A DNA stretch of 58,468 nucleotides from Sedimentisphaerales bacterium (GTDB taxonomy: Bacteria; Planctomycetota; Phycisphaerae; Sedimentisphaerales; UBA12454), in NCBI GenBank assembly GCA_049691175.1, contig JBAVNP010000015.1:1-58468 (forward strand). The letters are read 5' to 3'. The first letter of the stretch is position 1, and the number at the start of each line of letters is the position of its first letter. Positions 9,483 through 16,897 of this stretch are shown here, piece by piece. Under the pieces are notes generated by a model. It had not been told where the DNA came from. It was given only the letters and a program-made list of their open reading frames with translations, and ran no database searches. The translations under genes and the position numbers were made by a program.

Positions 9483-10483
9483 AGAAAGAGCGCTCTCCAG
9501 TTAAATTTCTTCTTTTTTAACATGCTTTGCGCAAGCAGTTTTTCCTGCTCTTTTTTCATAACGGGTATTTTTTGTTCGGCGGATTTTGCCGCAACGCTGC
9601 TCGGCCAGACCTCGGTTATTCTCTGGTAATAAAGATTCGCAGCGTTATAACTGCCCGTCCTGGCGTAATAATCCGCGACAGTCATCTCCTTTTCCGCAAG
9701 CTTTTCGTCTATCACGCCCAGCTTTTGCGGTATTTGAAGTTCAGCCGCCTTATCCTCATATCTTTTCTGATACTCAGAATAGTAGCTTCTCGAGCTTTCG
9801 AGCACCTTTCCATCAAATTTCGGCCCCCTGTAATCCTTTTCAAGGGTCCGCGCCATTCCGAGCAGTGCATCCTGCCCGACTGGCCCTGTCGGCCATCTGT
9901 TCGACATATCCGACCATACCAGATACGAATCGTAATAAGCGCCTCTTTTCTCGTCGGATTGAGCCAGAGTCTGGAGCGCATTTTTCGCTATCGGGGCATC
10001 GCCCGCCTTGTCCGCGATTTTGTTCATTATCGCCCCGCCTTCATCGTAAGCGGTGATTGAGATTACCCCCAAAGCTCTTTTTTTCTGTCCGCCAAGAAAC
10101 GCAGTGCCAATCTGATACTGCCTCTCGAGCGCTGACAGATAAAATGCGCTTTGCGGAAAGTCATCTGTGAATTTGTCATAAGCCTCCGACGCCTTCTCAT
10201 ACTTTCGCTGACTATACAATAATTCCGCTTTAACAAACGCGTCAAAATCGGCGCCGGCTAATTGAGGATAATCCTTCTTCAGCTTCGCAAAGGCATTTTT
10301 AGCCTTACCTGTCTTGCCGGTAGAAACAAACTGCTTTGCGTCTGAAACGGCCAACATATAACCGGAGTCTTTTTCCTGTCCGACCGGCTGCCATTCCTGA
10401 CCATCTTTCAAGTGCCATGTTTGCTTCGCGGCAAAGACCATCGAACCGAGAATAACAAGTAAAATAAGCCCTTTTGTTCGCAT
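9479..10483 (-). CDS. secreted TPR-repeat protein, BamD/YfiO-like
   Basis: Signal peptide starting at MRTKGLILLVILGSMVFA (ATG at 10483), followed by TPR-like repeats. There is a 4-nt overlap with the downstream lipoprotein gene. Confidence 0.55.
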   Translation of the reverse strand: MRTKGLILLVILGSMVFAAKQTWHLKDGQEWQPVGQEKDSGYMLAVSDAKQFVSTGKTGKAKNAFAKLKKDYPQLAGADFDAFVKAELLYSQRKYEKASEAYDKFTDDFPQSAFYLSALERQYQIGTAFLGGQKKRALGVISITAYDEGGAIMNKIADKAGDAPIAKNALQTLAQSDEKRGAYYDSYLVWSDMSNRWPTGPVGQDALLGMARTLEKDYRGPKFDGKVLESSRSYYSEYQKRYEDKAAELQIPQKLGVIDEKLAEKEMTVADYYARTGSYNAANLYYQRITEVWPSSVAAKSAEQKIPVMKKEQEKLLAQSMLKKKKFNWRALFL

Positions 10484-10751
10484 AACTTTATCCCCGCACC
10501 AATTACCAGTCCCTTGTTTCGATAAAGACTTCGTGTCCATATTTCTTACTCCAATAAACTCATCCCCCACCCCTATCCATCGGCGCGGGGGTCAAGCCGA
10601 CATTATATATAAACCGCTGCGGCCTTGCAAACCTATTCAAAATACGGTATCAGCGGATTCAGCCATACCTTACGGCAAAACAGCCTCCCCTTTCCTAACC
10701 CTCTATTTGTTAGATATTTGCAAAATATTATATAAAATTTATAAAAAATAG

Positions 10752-10779
10752 TTGACTTATTAGAAATATATGGTAAAAT
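10752..10779 (+). promoter_or_regulatory. sigma-70-like promoter (TTGACT-16 nt-TAAAAT with TGg extended -10)
   Basis: -35 at 10752-10757 and -10 at 10774-10779, about 70 nt upstream of the ORF at 10850. Confidence 0.5.
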
Positions 10780-10849
10780 ACCACTATGTTTGATGATTAT
10801 TAAACAAGGCGTTAGGTAATAACTATAAACCATTATTAGAGAGTGACTT

Positions 10850-11149
10850 ATGAAAACGACAGATTTTAAAAAAGAGGAGACAGAATCGCTAAGAAAGCAG
10901 AAAATAGCCCGCAGAATCGCGAAAATGCCAAAAAAATACCGCAAAATCTATAGAAAAGCGGTTGAAAACAATAACAAAGACGCGGCTATTCAGGCCTTCT
11001 GCCTCGAATGTGTCTGCTGGCAAAAAAATGAGATTACCAACTGCCCCTGCTCAGCCTGTCCCCTATACGGCTTGAGACCCTACACAAAAGGAACTGATAA
11101 TGAACAAAAGAAAAATGCCGCGGCAAGAAAACAGCTATCGCACGTTTGA
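10850..11149 (+). CDS. small Cys-rich protein (phage/mobile-element style), function unknown
   Basis: 99 aa: basic N-terminus, then CLECVCWQ...NCPCSACPLYGLRPY. Lies next to an HNH endonuclease. Confidence 0.55.
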   Translation: MKTTDFKKEETESLRKQKIARRIAKMPKKYRKIYRKAVENNNKDAAIQAFCLECVCWQKNEITNCPCSACPLYGLRPYTKGTDNEQKKNAAARKQLSHV

Positions 11150-11858
11150 AATCCGCGGCCAAACAATAATCATTGATGATTTCATTTATCGCAGGCTTTT
11201 CAAAGACCCTGATATACTGCCCCGCAGAAAATATACCTTTATACAAGGTTTCCATTTTTCTGGCGGTTACCCGACAATGATTTTGAAAACTGACGACAAA
11301 TCGATTTCTCTTTCTCGGTATATAATGCACGCGGTAAAGGGAGATTTTGTTGACCACAAAAACAGAAACAGGCTGGATAACCGCCGGCGTAATTTGCGGC
11401 TTGTAAACGCAAGACAAAACAATCTTAACCGCAAAATTAAAAATAACACCGGCCTGATAGGCGTTTCAAAAGGCAGGGATAGAAAGCATTTTTGTGTCAG
11501 AACGGATTTTATAACTAAGCAGGGGCACAGAATAGGTTTTCATTGTCCCGATACTCCATTTAACAGAATTTTGACGGCACTAGCGCACGATAAATTTGTA
11601 TTGCAGCAAGGCGAAGAGGAATACGCGCCGCTGAATTTCCCCTGCTTCAAGTTCGAGCCGTCCAGGAGCATTTTGATGAAGGAGGACCTGAATAAATATA
11701 AAGAAAAAAAATCAAAAGCCTGCCCTGAGCGACCTGTGGTGAGCAAACCCGTCCTGAGTAAAACCGAAGGGGCCGAACCAAGCCGAAGGGTTAAAACTAA
11801 AAACTCAAAACTAAATAAAAGAATATTGCGTTTCTGCCGGAAAATGACCCTCATATAA
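11100..11858 (+). CDS. HNH homing-type endonuclease with AP2-like DNA-binding domain
   Basis: VDHKNRNRLDNRRRNLRLVNARQNN (HNH_3 style), followed by an AP2-like segment (GVSKGRDRKHFCVRTDF...). The C-terminal ~50 aa are encoded by repeat sequence. Overlaps the previous ORF by 50 nt. Confidence 0.78.
   Translation: MNKRKMPRQENSYRTFEIRGQTIIIDDFIYRRLFKDPDILPRRKYTFIQGFHFSGGYPTMILKTDDKSISLSRYIMHAVKGDFVDHKNRNRLDNRRRNLRLVNARQNNLNRKIKNNTGLIGVSKGRDRKHFCVRTDFITKQGHRIGFHCPDTPFNRILTALAHDKFVLQQGEEEYAPLNFPCFKFEPSRSILMKEDLNKYKEKKSKACPERPVVSKPVLSKTEGAEPSRRVKTKNSKLNKRILRFCRKMTLI
11718..11789 (+). repeat. GC-rich dispersed repeat, family A (long form), inside the HNH gene 3' end
   Basis: GCCTGCCCTGAGCGACCTGTGGTGAGC...CGAACCAAGCCGAAGG. 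The reverse complement of the 48-nt copy in truA (28479-28526) matches both ends. Confidence 0.7.
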
Positions 11859-11977
11859 ATCCAGTTAAATGCAAAGACAACAAAATCAGTGGCTATTGTT
11901 TAATTTTAGATTGAAAATTTGTTTGTAGCAAAAAACGTTTTGCCAGAACAAATAATGACTATTACTAATCATTAAAC

Positions 11978-13051
11978 TCAGAATGGTAAGTCTTCATATG
12001 ATTCTGATTCATTTTTAAAATAATCATTAGATGGTTTTTTGAAATCTTCTGTTAGCATAAGCGATGCTGCTGAAGCAGGTATACGTCCTACTCCTTTTAA
12101 TGTTTTTGCTAATTCCTGCCCTTCTCTACTAAATTTAGCAAGAGTTTTAGATAAAGAATCTATACCCTGAATGTTTAGTGCTAATCGTAATACGGTACCA
12201 GAAAAATTGGTCTTGTATAATTTTTTTGTTTTTCCTACTAATAATATCCCTGCATCTCCGCTGCAAATAAAAAAACTTCCACTATTTCGGCACAATCTGC
12301 TTGTCATATATAAACCAAATCCAGCATTTTGCCAATAATCATTAGGTTGAACCTTTTTGCCTTTGTACATTTTTCCGGAAATTCCAGGCAAAAGGCTATT
12401 ATGTATTGCTTCCTTATCTGAAACAATATCCTTTAAAAAAGGATTTTCTGATAAACTTCGCCTAATGCCTATGCCTGTATCCAATATTGAAACTTCAACT
12501 AGGTTTTGACTTGGCCAATATTGAGCACAGTAGTTTATATGACCAGAAGAACTATGCTCAACAACATTTCGTATAATTTCACAAAAAGAATATTTCAAAG
12601 TATCCACCAAATTACCACTGGGTAGTCTAGTCAGAACACACGCAAGTCGATGAGAACGCCGTTCAATTGTTTCACCAATATGTTCCCAGTTTTGATTAGC
12701 ACCATTTTTAAGACTATCAACTTTTACAGAAGTAATTGGTATATAATTCAAACTACCTTTAGCTTCTCCTTGTTGCTTCCCAAAATTTAATCCGAAAGTT
12801 TTAAAAAAACCCATATGTCCTGCATAGTCGAAGTGTTCATGATTAATAGCGTAAAATGTAGATAAGGATTTGCTTTGTCTAAATTTGCTGATTTGAGAAG
12901 ACAGATAAAGCATCCCGAAAGGCTCCACCCAGTCCATATTTGAAAAATCGAAAACATATTCCTCTGAATCTGGCAATTGAAATAATTCATTTGAAAAATT
13001 AATAGCATTATCTAAGGTAAGTAATGGTACCCTTACAACTACACTAGTCAC
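11978..13051 (-). CDS. STAS-like N-terminal domain fused to a GHKL (histidine-kinase-like) ATPase domain; acidic ...YEDLPF C-terminus
   Basis: Bergerat-fold motifs: N-box (EIIRNVVEHS), G1 (LDTGIGI), G2 (AGFGLY). The N-terminus (FDFSNMDWVEPFGMLYLSSQI) resembles STAS/anti-sigma-antagonist-like modules. No HisKA or receiver domain seen. Confidence 0.7.
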   Translation of the reverse strand: MTSVVVRVPLLTLDNAINFSNELFQLPDSEEYVFDFSNMDWVEPFGMLYLSSQISKFRQSKSLSTFYAINHEHFDYAGHMGFFKTFGLNFGKQQGEAKGSLNYIPITSVKVDSLKNGANQNWEHIGETIERRSHRLACVLTRLPSGNLVDTLKYSFCEIIRNVVEHSSSGHINYCAQYWPSQNLVEVSILDTGIGIRRSLSENPFLKDIVSDKEAIHNSLLPGISGKMYKGKKVQPNDYWQNAGFGLYMTSRLCRNSGSFFICSGDAGILLVGKTKKLYKTNFSGTVLRLALNIQGIDSLSKTLAKFSREGQELAKTLKGVGRIPASAASLMLTEDFKKPSNDYFKNESESYEDLPF

Positions 13052-13067
13052 CTTTTATGCTCCGATT

Positions 13068-13382
13068 TTAATTTGTCGTATACTCTTTCCAGGGTATGGC
13101 ATTAAGTGGCACGTTCACCAAAAATTTAACAATATCTGGACGCCCACTATAAGTTGGAATGCCCCTAGAATCTTGTGCCATAAGAATTATAGGAATACCC
13201 GGAAATAACGGCTGAAAGGAATTTATCGCCTCTCTTGTGCTTATACTATTGTCAACAACATATTTTTTAACAATTATAATTGCAAAAGTTACCCCCTGTT
13301 CCCTAATAACAGCACCTTGAAATTTCACTTCTGGTTTCCTTATATTGTTTTTCTTTGCATTGAAAAAATTCCGTTGTTGCAC
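13068..13382 (-). CDS. small hypothetical protein (86-104 aa), first gene of a pair with the GHKL ATPase
   Basis: ORF ends 16 nt upstream of the GHKL gene. The track start is the GTG at 13382. An alternative GTG at 13328 has a better-spaced AGGAAA. Alternating beta/alpha-like pattern; no family recognised. Confidence 0.55.
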   Translation of the reverse strand: MQQRNFFNAKKNNIRKPEVKFQGAVIREQGVTFAIIIVKKYVVDNSISTREAINSFQPLFPGIPIILMAQDSRGIPTYSGRPDIVKFLVNVPLNAIPWKEYTTN

Positions 13383-13398
13383 CTCATGCGACTAGGAA

Positions 13399-13426
13399 AT
13401 TATACATTAAATAAAAGAGAGGGCAA
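13399..13426 (-). promoter_or_regulatory. sigma-70-like promoter (TTGCCC-16 nt-TATAAT) for the small-ORF/GHKL pair
   Basis: On the minus strand, -35 = 13426-13421 and -10 = 13404-13399. Lies in the 75-nt gap between the 261-aa and 104-aa ORFs. Confidence 0.4.
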
Positions 13427-13457
13427 GATTTTTTCGGGACAAATAATTATGTATTTA

Positions 13458-14243
13458 TTAGTTTTTTTGAGGATAAAAGACACCCAAGACCATAAAGGTA
13501 GTGCGAAATCTTTTCAGATTGCCAACATAAAAATAAACATCTTTTTTCGCCGTGTTAGCAATATCAAGCCAGCGTTGTTTAATTTTTTCCAAAAGAACTT
13601 TATCGGTTGGATATTTTGATCGCCAATCTCTATAAGCCTGGCCGATTTCCCAATCGATAATGGATAGTTTATGGCCGGGACAATTGTCCTCGCCGAAACA
13701 TTTGAATTTATAATAAAAACTAAAAGGAATTTCTTCAATTGGATCCTTCTTTTTATTTTTATCAAAGAAACTCAATTGAGCATAGCAGACCTCTCTTGCC
13801 TGCTGGTCGGATAAACTCTGTTTTGCGCATTCAAAAGAAATATCAGCAGGTTTTATAAGCCCCAGAGAAAGATCGCTGCTGGGCTCAGCATCTTTATAGA
13901 CCTGACACATTGATTTTACAGGAACTTTTAAAACAATAGATTTGCGTCTTTCCCATGTGCCTTTGTCCGTATCAAGCTGGTCTATAATTTTTATAGTATC
14001 TACATTTACATGAAAGCTTTCCGGCCTCTTGTCATCGGATGGGATAGAGCAGTCAACTTCGATAATGCTGTATTTTTTAAACTGTTGTCCTTCGTCGAGG
14101 TCGCGGTACGGAATGGGATAAAGACGGACTAATTGTGAATTGCTTAAATCAACCCCGGCACAACATACAGTTTCGCTATATTTCCTACTGGGATTTGGGT
14201 AGGCTTTTACGGTTACAAGTATTTTCTTTTTCTCGAACTTCAC
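13458..14243 (-). CDS. hypothetical protein, 261 aa, partner of DUF488
   Basis: Long ORF 6 nt downstream of the DUF488 gene. Notable motifs: VKAYPNPSRKYSETVCCAG and CFGEDNCPGHKLSIIDWEIG. No domain recognised by eye. Confidence 0.7.
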   Translation of the reverse strand: MKFEKKKILVTVKAYPNPSRKYSETVCCAGVDLSNSQLVRLYPIPYRDLDEGQQFKKYSIIEVDCSIPSDDKRPESFHVNVDTIKIIDQLDTDKGTWERRKSIVLKVPVKSMCQVYKDAEPSSDLSLGLIKPADISFECAKQSLSDQQAREVCYAQLSFFDKNKKKDPIEEIPFSFYYKFKCFGEDNCPGHKLSIIDWEIGQAYRDWRSKYPTDKVLLEKIKQRWLDIANTAKKDVYFYVGNLKRFRTTFMVLGVFYPQKN

Positions 14244-14249
14244 TGAATT

Positions 14250-14693
14250 TTAAATATGTATTATTTTTAAGCCGTTTCCATCATACTCTTTTATTTTATC
14301 AGCCACTATTGATCGATGGCATTTTTCCGGAAATCGTTCAAAACACATAATGCAGGTTACCCCATCGAAGAGGTACTGATACACTTTTTTCACGGCATCC
14401 ATATTCTTTGATAAATACGCTGAATAAGCCTTGAAAAAATACTCATAATCCCAGTCAGATTTTAACTTATTGCGTATTGCGGCAGGACTTCCGAGGGGTT
14501 TTTCATGAATATATTCGATATTCTCATCTTTAAGTCTTTGTCCCAAGGTTGATTTCGAGAAGCCTTTTTTTCTTGAAAGGGGAATTTCTCTGACATCAAT
14601 AAGATGTGTGACGTTAAAACTTTTTAGACGAAGAACAAACTCGTCTATTTCCCTTCCTTCGTATCCTATAGTTAATAATTCATATTGTTTCAT
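14250..14693 (-). CDS. DUF488 domain protein
   Basis: LLTIGYEGREIDEFV...LIDVREIPLSRKKGFSK..L...L....IEYIH...LGSP matches the DUF488 pattern. Confidence 0.85.
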   Translation of the reverse strand: MKQYELLTIGYEGREIDEFVLRLKSFNVTHLIDVREIPLSRKKGFSKSTLGQRLKDENIEYIHEKPLGSPAAIRNKLKSDWDYEYFFKAYSAYLSKNMDAVKKVYQYLFDGVTCIMCFERFPEKCHRSIVADKIKEYDGNGLKIIHI

Positions 14694-14791
14694 AACTGCT
14701 TAATTATAACAATATTATATCGGTATAAATAGGGCGATTTCATAAATTAATAAAGGTAATATCAACGACCACCCGAAACAGGGGATTAATT

Positions 14792-14814
14792 CCTTCGACC
14801 CTGCTCAGGGCGGG
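14792..14814 (-). repeat. GC-rich dispersed repeat, family A (short form)
   Basis: CCTTCGACCCTGCTCAGGGCGGG shares the CCTTCG...GCTCAGGGC(A/G)GG ends with the truA and surA-like copies. Orientation is opposite to the copy at 11718-11789. Confidence 0.5.
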
Positions 14815-14837
14815 TAAGTTTTAAATCCGGTTTTATC

Positions 14838-15080
14838 TTATCCAATGATTAGCAGGGCCATCCAGGGGACGAAATTGAAGACCAGGACAAAAATCTTCAT
14901 TGCTCCAAGGAACGAGTAGAAGAGGATATTGAACGCTTCTTTGGAAAGTTTGAACCATTTGCTGTGCATCCGGTAGACAAAATCGCCGGCGAAGACCCAC
15001 ATAGCAAACGCAGCAAGCAGCAATGCCCCGTTCAAAATCGTGCACCACATAAAAAACGCTCTGACGGCTGTGATATCCAT
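14838..15080 (-). CDS. 80-aa integral membrane protein (paralog of 57378..57620)
   Basis: MDITAVRAFFMWCTI... with two or three hydrophobic segments. AAGGAGATTTATT-ATG RBS is shared with the paralog. Confidence 0.7.
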   Translation of the reverse strand: MDITAVRAFFMWCTILNGALLLAAFAMWVFAGDFVYRMHSKWFKLSKEAFNILFYSFLGAMKIFVLVFNFVPWMALLIIG

Positions 15081-15128
15081 AATAAATCTCCTTATTTTTT
15101 ATTCTGCCGAATTACAGCTTAAATTGCT

Positions 15129-15446
15129 CTAATGTATGCCAAGGTCGTTTATCTGTTTTGTCACCTGATGATACATCTGTCCCATAAGCTGACAAAGCCA
15201 GACAGTAACTCCGATAACAACAACGGTGATGACAATCTTGGTAATCAATTTGTATTTCGGGTTTGCCCAGACCAGCGGCAGCGCAAGCGGCCCCAGAGCA
15301 GCCAGGCCGACCACAATCGCCGATGTGGAATAATACCACTTTGTTTTCGGCTTTGGCCTGTAAGAGTCATCGAGAAACTCGCCGCAAAAACGGCACTTTA
15401 TCGCCTCTTCCTGAATTTCCTCAGCACAAAAACGGCATTTCTTCAT
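15129..15446 (-). CDS. zinc-ribbon domain membrane protein
   Basis: N-terminal CRFCAEEIQEEAIKCRFCGEFLD followed by two TM segments. The same zinc-ribbon head is found on 35824..36516. Confidence 0.7.
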   Translation of the reverse strand: MKKCRFCAEEIQEEAIKCRFCGEFLDDSYRPKPKTKWYYSTSAIVVGLAALGPLALPLVWANPKYKLITKIVITVVVIGVTVWLCQLMGQMYHQVTKQINDLGIH

Positions 15447-15580
15447 ATCGGGTCTTCTTGTTTTTTATATTAATAAAATTATAACCTTAAATTGGGCGGA
15501 AAACAAGAATTAGTTTTGAGTTCTTAGTTTTGAGTTCTGAGTTAAAAAATCCGTGAAATCTGTGGTTACAAGATGCGCAT

Positions 15581-15621
15581 AAAAATGCCCCCTCTGCTGC
15601 TTGCGCAGCAAGCGAGGGGGC
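15581..15621 (-). terminator. rho-independent terminator downstream of the PPIase gene
   Basis: The minus strand reads GCCCCCTCGCTTGCTGC-GCAA-GCAGCAGAGGGGGC followed by ATTTTTAT. Confidence 0.6.
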
Positions 15622-15637
15622 GTTGTTTAAAACTTAA

Positions 15638-16897
15638 TTACTCTTTTTTAGACTCACCTGTATCTTTCGAAGCGGGCTTGTTTGTATCTGAACTCGGCGG
15701 ATTCTCAGTTGCTTTTCGGCTCGGGGTAGGTTTTGTGCCGGGGATTTCGGTTTCGAGCTTATCTGCCGCCTCGTTGGTATATTTTATATCGGCTCCAGTC
15801 CTGATTTTCTGGATGTAATCCATCATAACCTGCTCTCTTTGCTTGTCGGCAAGAGTCTGCTTAATCTCATCTTTGGACTTTTCGAAACTTACTGTGCCGG
15901 CATCTATATGCTCGATGAGCTTTATAATATGGAAGCCGAAGCTGGTCTCTACAACATCGCTAATCTGGCCCGGCTTTAGAGCATAGGCAGCTTTTTCAAA
16001 CTCCGGCACAAGATTGCCTTTAGCCTGGATTCCGAGGTCGCCGCCCTGCTTGCTGGAAGGACAGGCTGAGTATTGTTTCGCGAGGTCGTTAAAATCGGCG
16101 CCGGCTTTCAGCTTCTTGAGAAGACCTTCGGCTTTCGCCTTTGCTTCTGCTTTGGCCTTGTTGGGGTCATTGGCGTCCTGTGCAGGGGCTATAAGTATAT
16201 GCTTGGCGTGAATCGACTCAGGCTTGTTGAACTGCTGTATATTTTCGTCATAGTATGCCTTGATCTGCTGGTCGGTGGGCGGCTGCATTTTGTCGGCGAA
16301 TTTGGTGTCCATCAGCTTTTCAAACATAAGTTTCTTGGTCATATTCTTCTGATATTCGCCGAAGGTTGTGCCGTAGGCTTTCAGCAGCGCTTTAAATTCA
16401 TCGAGAGTTAAATTCTGCGATGCAATCTGCTTGTTGATTTGCTGGTCCAGTTCGGCCTGATTAACATCGATATTATTTTTCTTCTCATCCTCCGTGATAA
16501 GCTGTTCGATTACAAGCTGTTCGATAATGCGTTTTCTTATCTGCTGACGATATTGCGGCACCATATTTTCAGGAACTCTGCCAGCCATTTGCTGCATACG
16601 CGGATTTAGAATGTCCTCGATTTGCCCTTCGGTGATGGATGTCCCGTTGACAGTTACTATAACATTCGCATCTTTTGCCTCGACGCCTTCGGCAGGGCTG
16701 AGGGCAGGCCCATTCGGCAAGCTCAGGGCAGGGGCGGCGGTCGACTCACTGACAGGAGCCTTCGGTTCTTCGACGGGTTTATTCGCTTCCGCCACAGCAT
16801 TTTTCGATTCCGCAGCAGGTTTTTTCGGCTTTGCTGCAAATGCCGCTGTCGATAACAAAATAACCAAAACAAGTGAAATACTTACGATAGTTTTCAT
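15638..16897 (-). CDS. periplasmic peptidyl-prolyl isomerase, SurA/PrsA (parvulin) family
   Basis: Signal peptide, SurA-like N-terminal chaperone region, parvulin motifs (HAKHILI, FGFHIIKL). Low-complexity N- and C-terminal extensions. Confidence 0.85.
   Translation of the reverse strand: MKTIVSISLVLVILLSTAAFAAKPKKPAAESKNAVAEANKPVEEPKAPVSESTAAPALSLPNGPALSPAEGVEAKDANVIVTVNGTSITEGQIEDILNPRMQQMAGRVPENMVPQYRQQIRKRIIEQLVIEQLITEDEKKNNIDVNQAELDQQINKQIASQNLTLDEFKALLKAYGTTFGEYQKNMTKKLMFEKLMDTKFADKMQPPTDQQIKAYYDENIQQFNKPESIHAKHILIAPAQDANDPNKAKAEAKAKAEGLLKKLKAGADFNDLAKQYSACPSSKQGGDLGIQAKGNLVPEFEKAAYALKPGQISDVVETSFGFHIIKLIEHIDAGTVSFEKSKDEIKQTLADKQREQVMMDYIQKIRTGADIKYTNEAADKLETEIPGTKPTPSRKATENPPSSDTNKPASKDTGESKKE

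Noticed and set aside
15510-15543. Possible CRISPR array: short direct repeats here and the word repeats at 36521-36608 and 20359-20452.
   Set aside because: The units are 9-14 nt, directly abutting or arranged as palindromes. There are no unique spacers of regular length and no cas genes in the window. They behave like terminator or low-complexity repeats.
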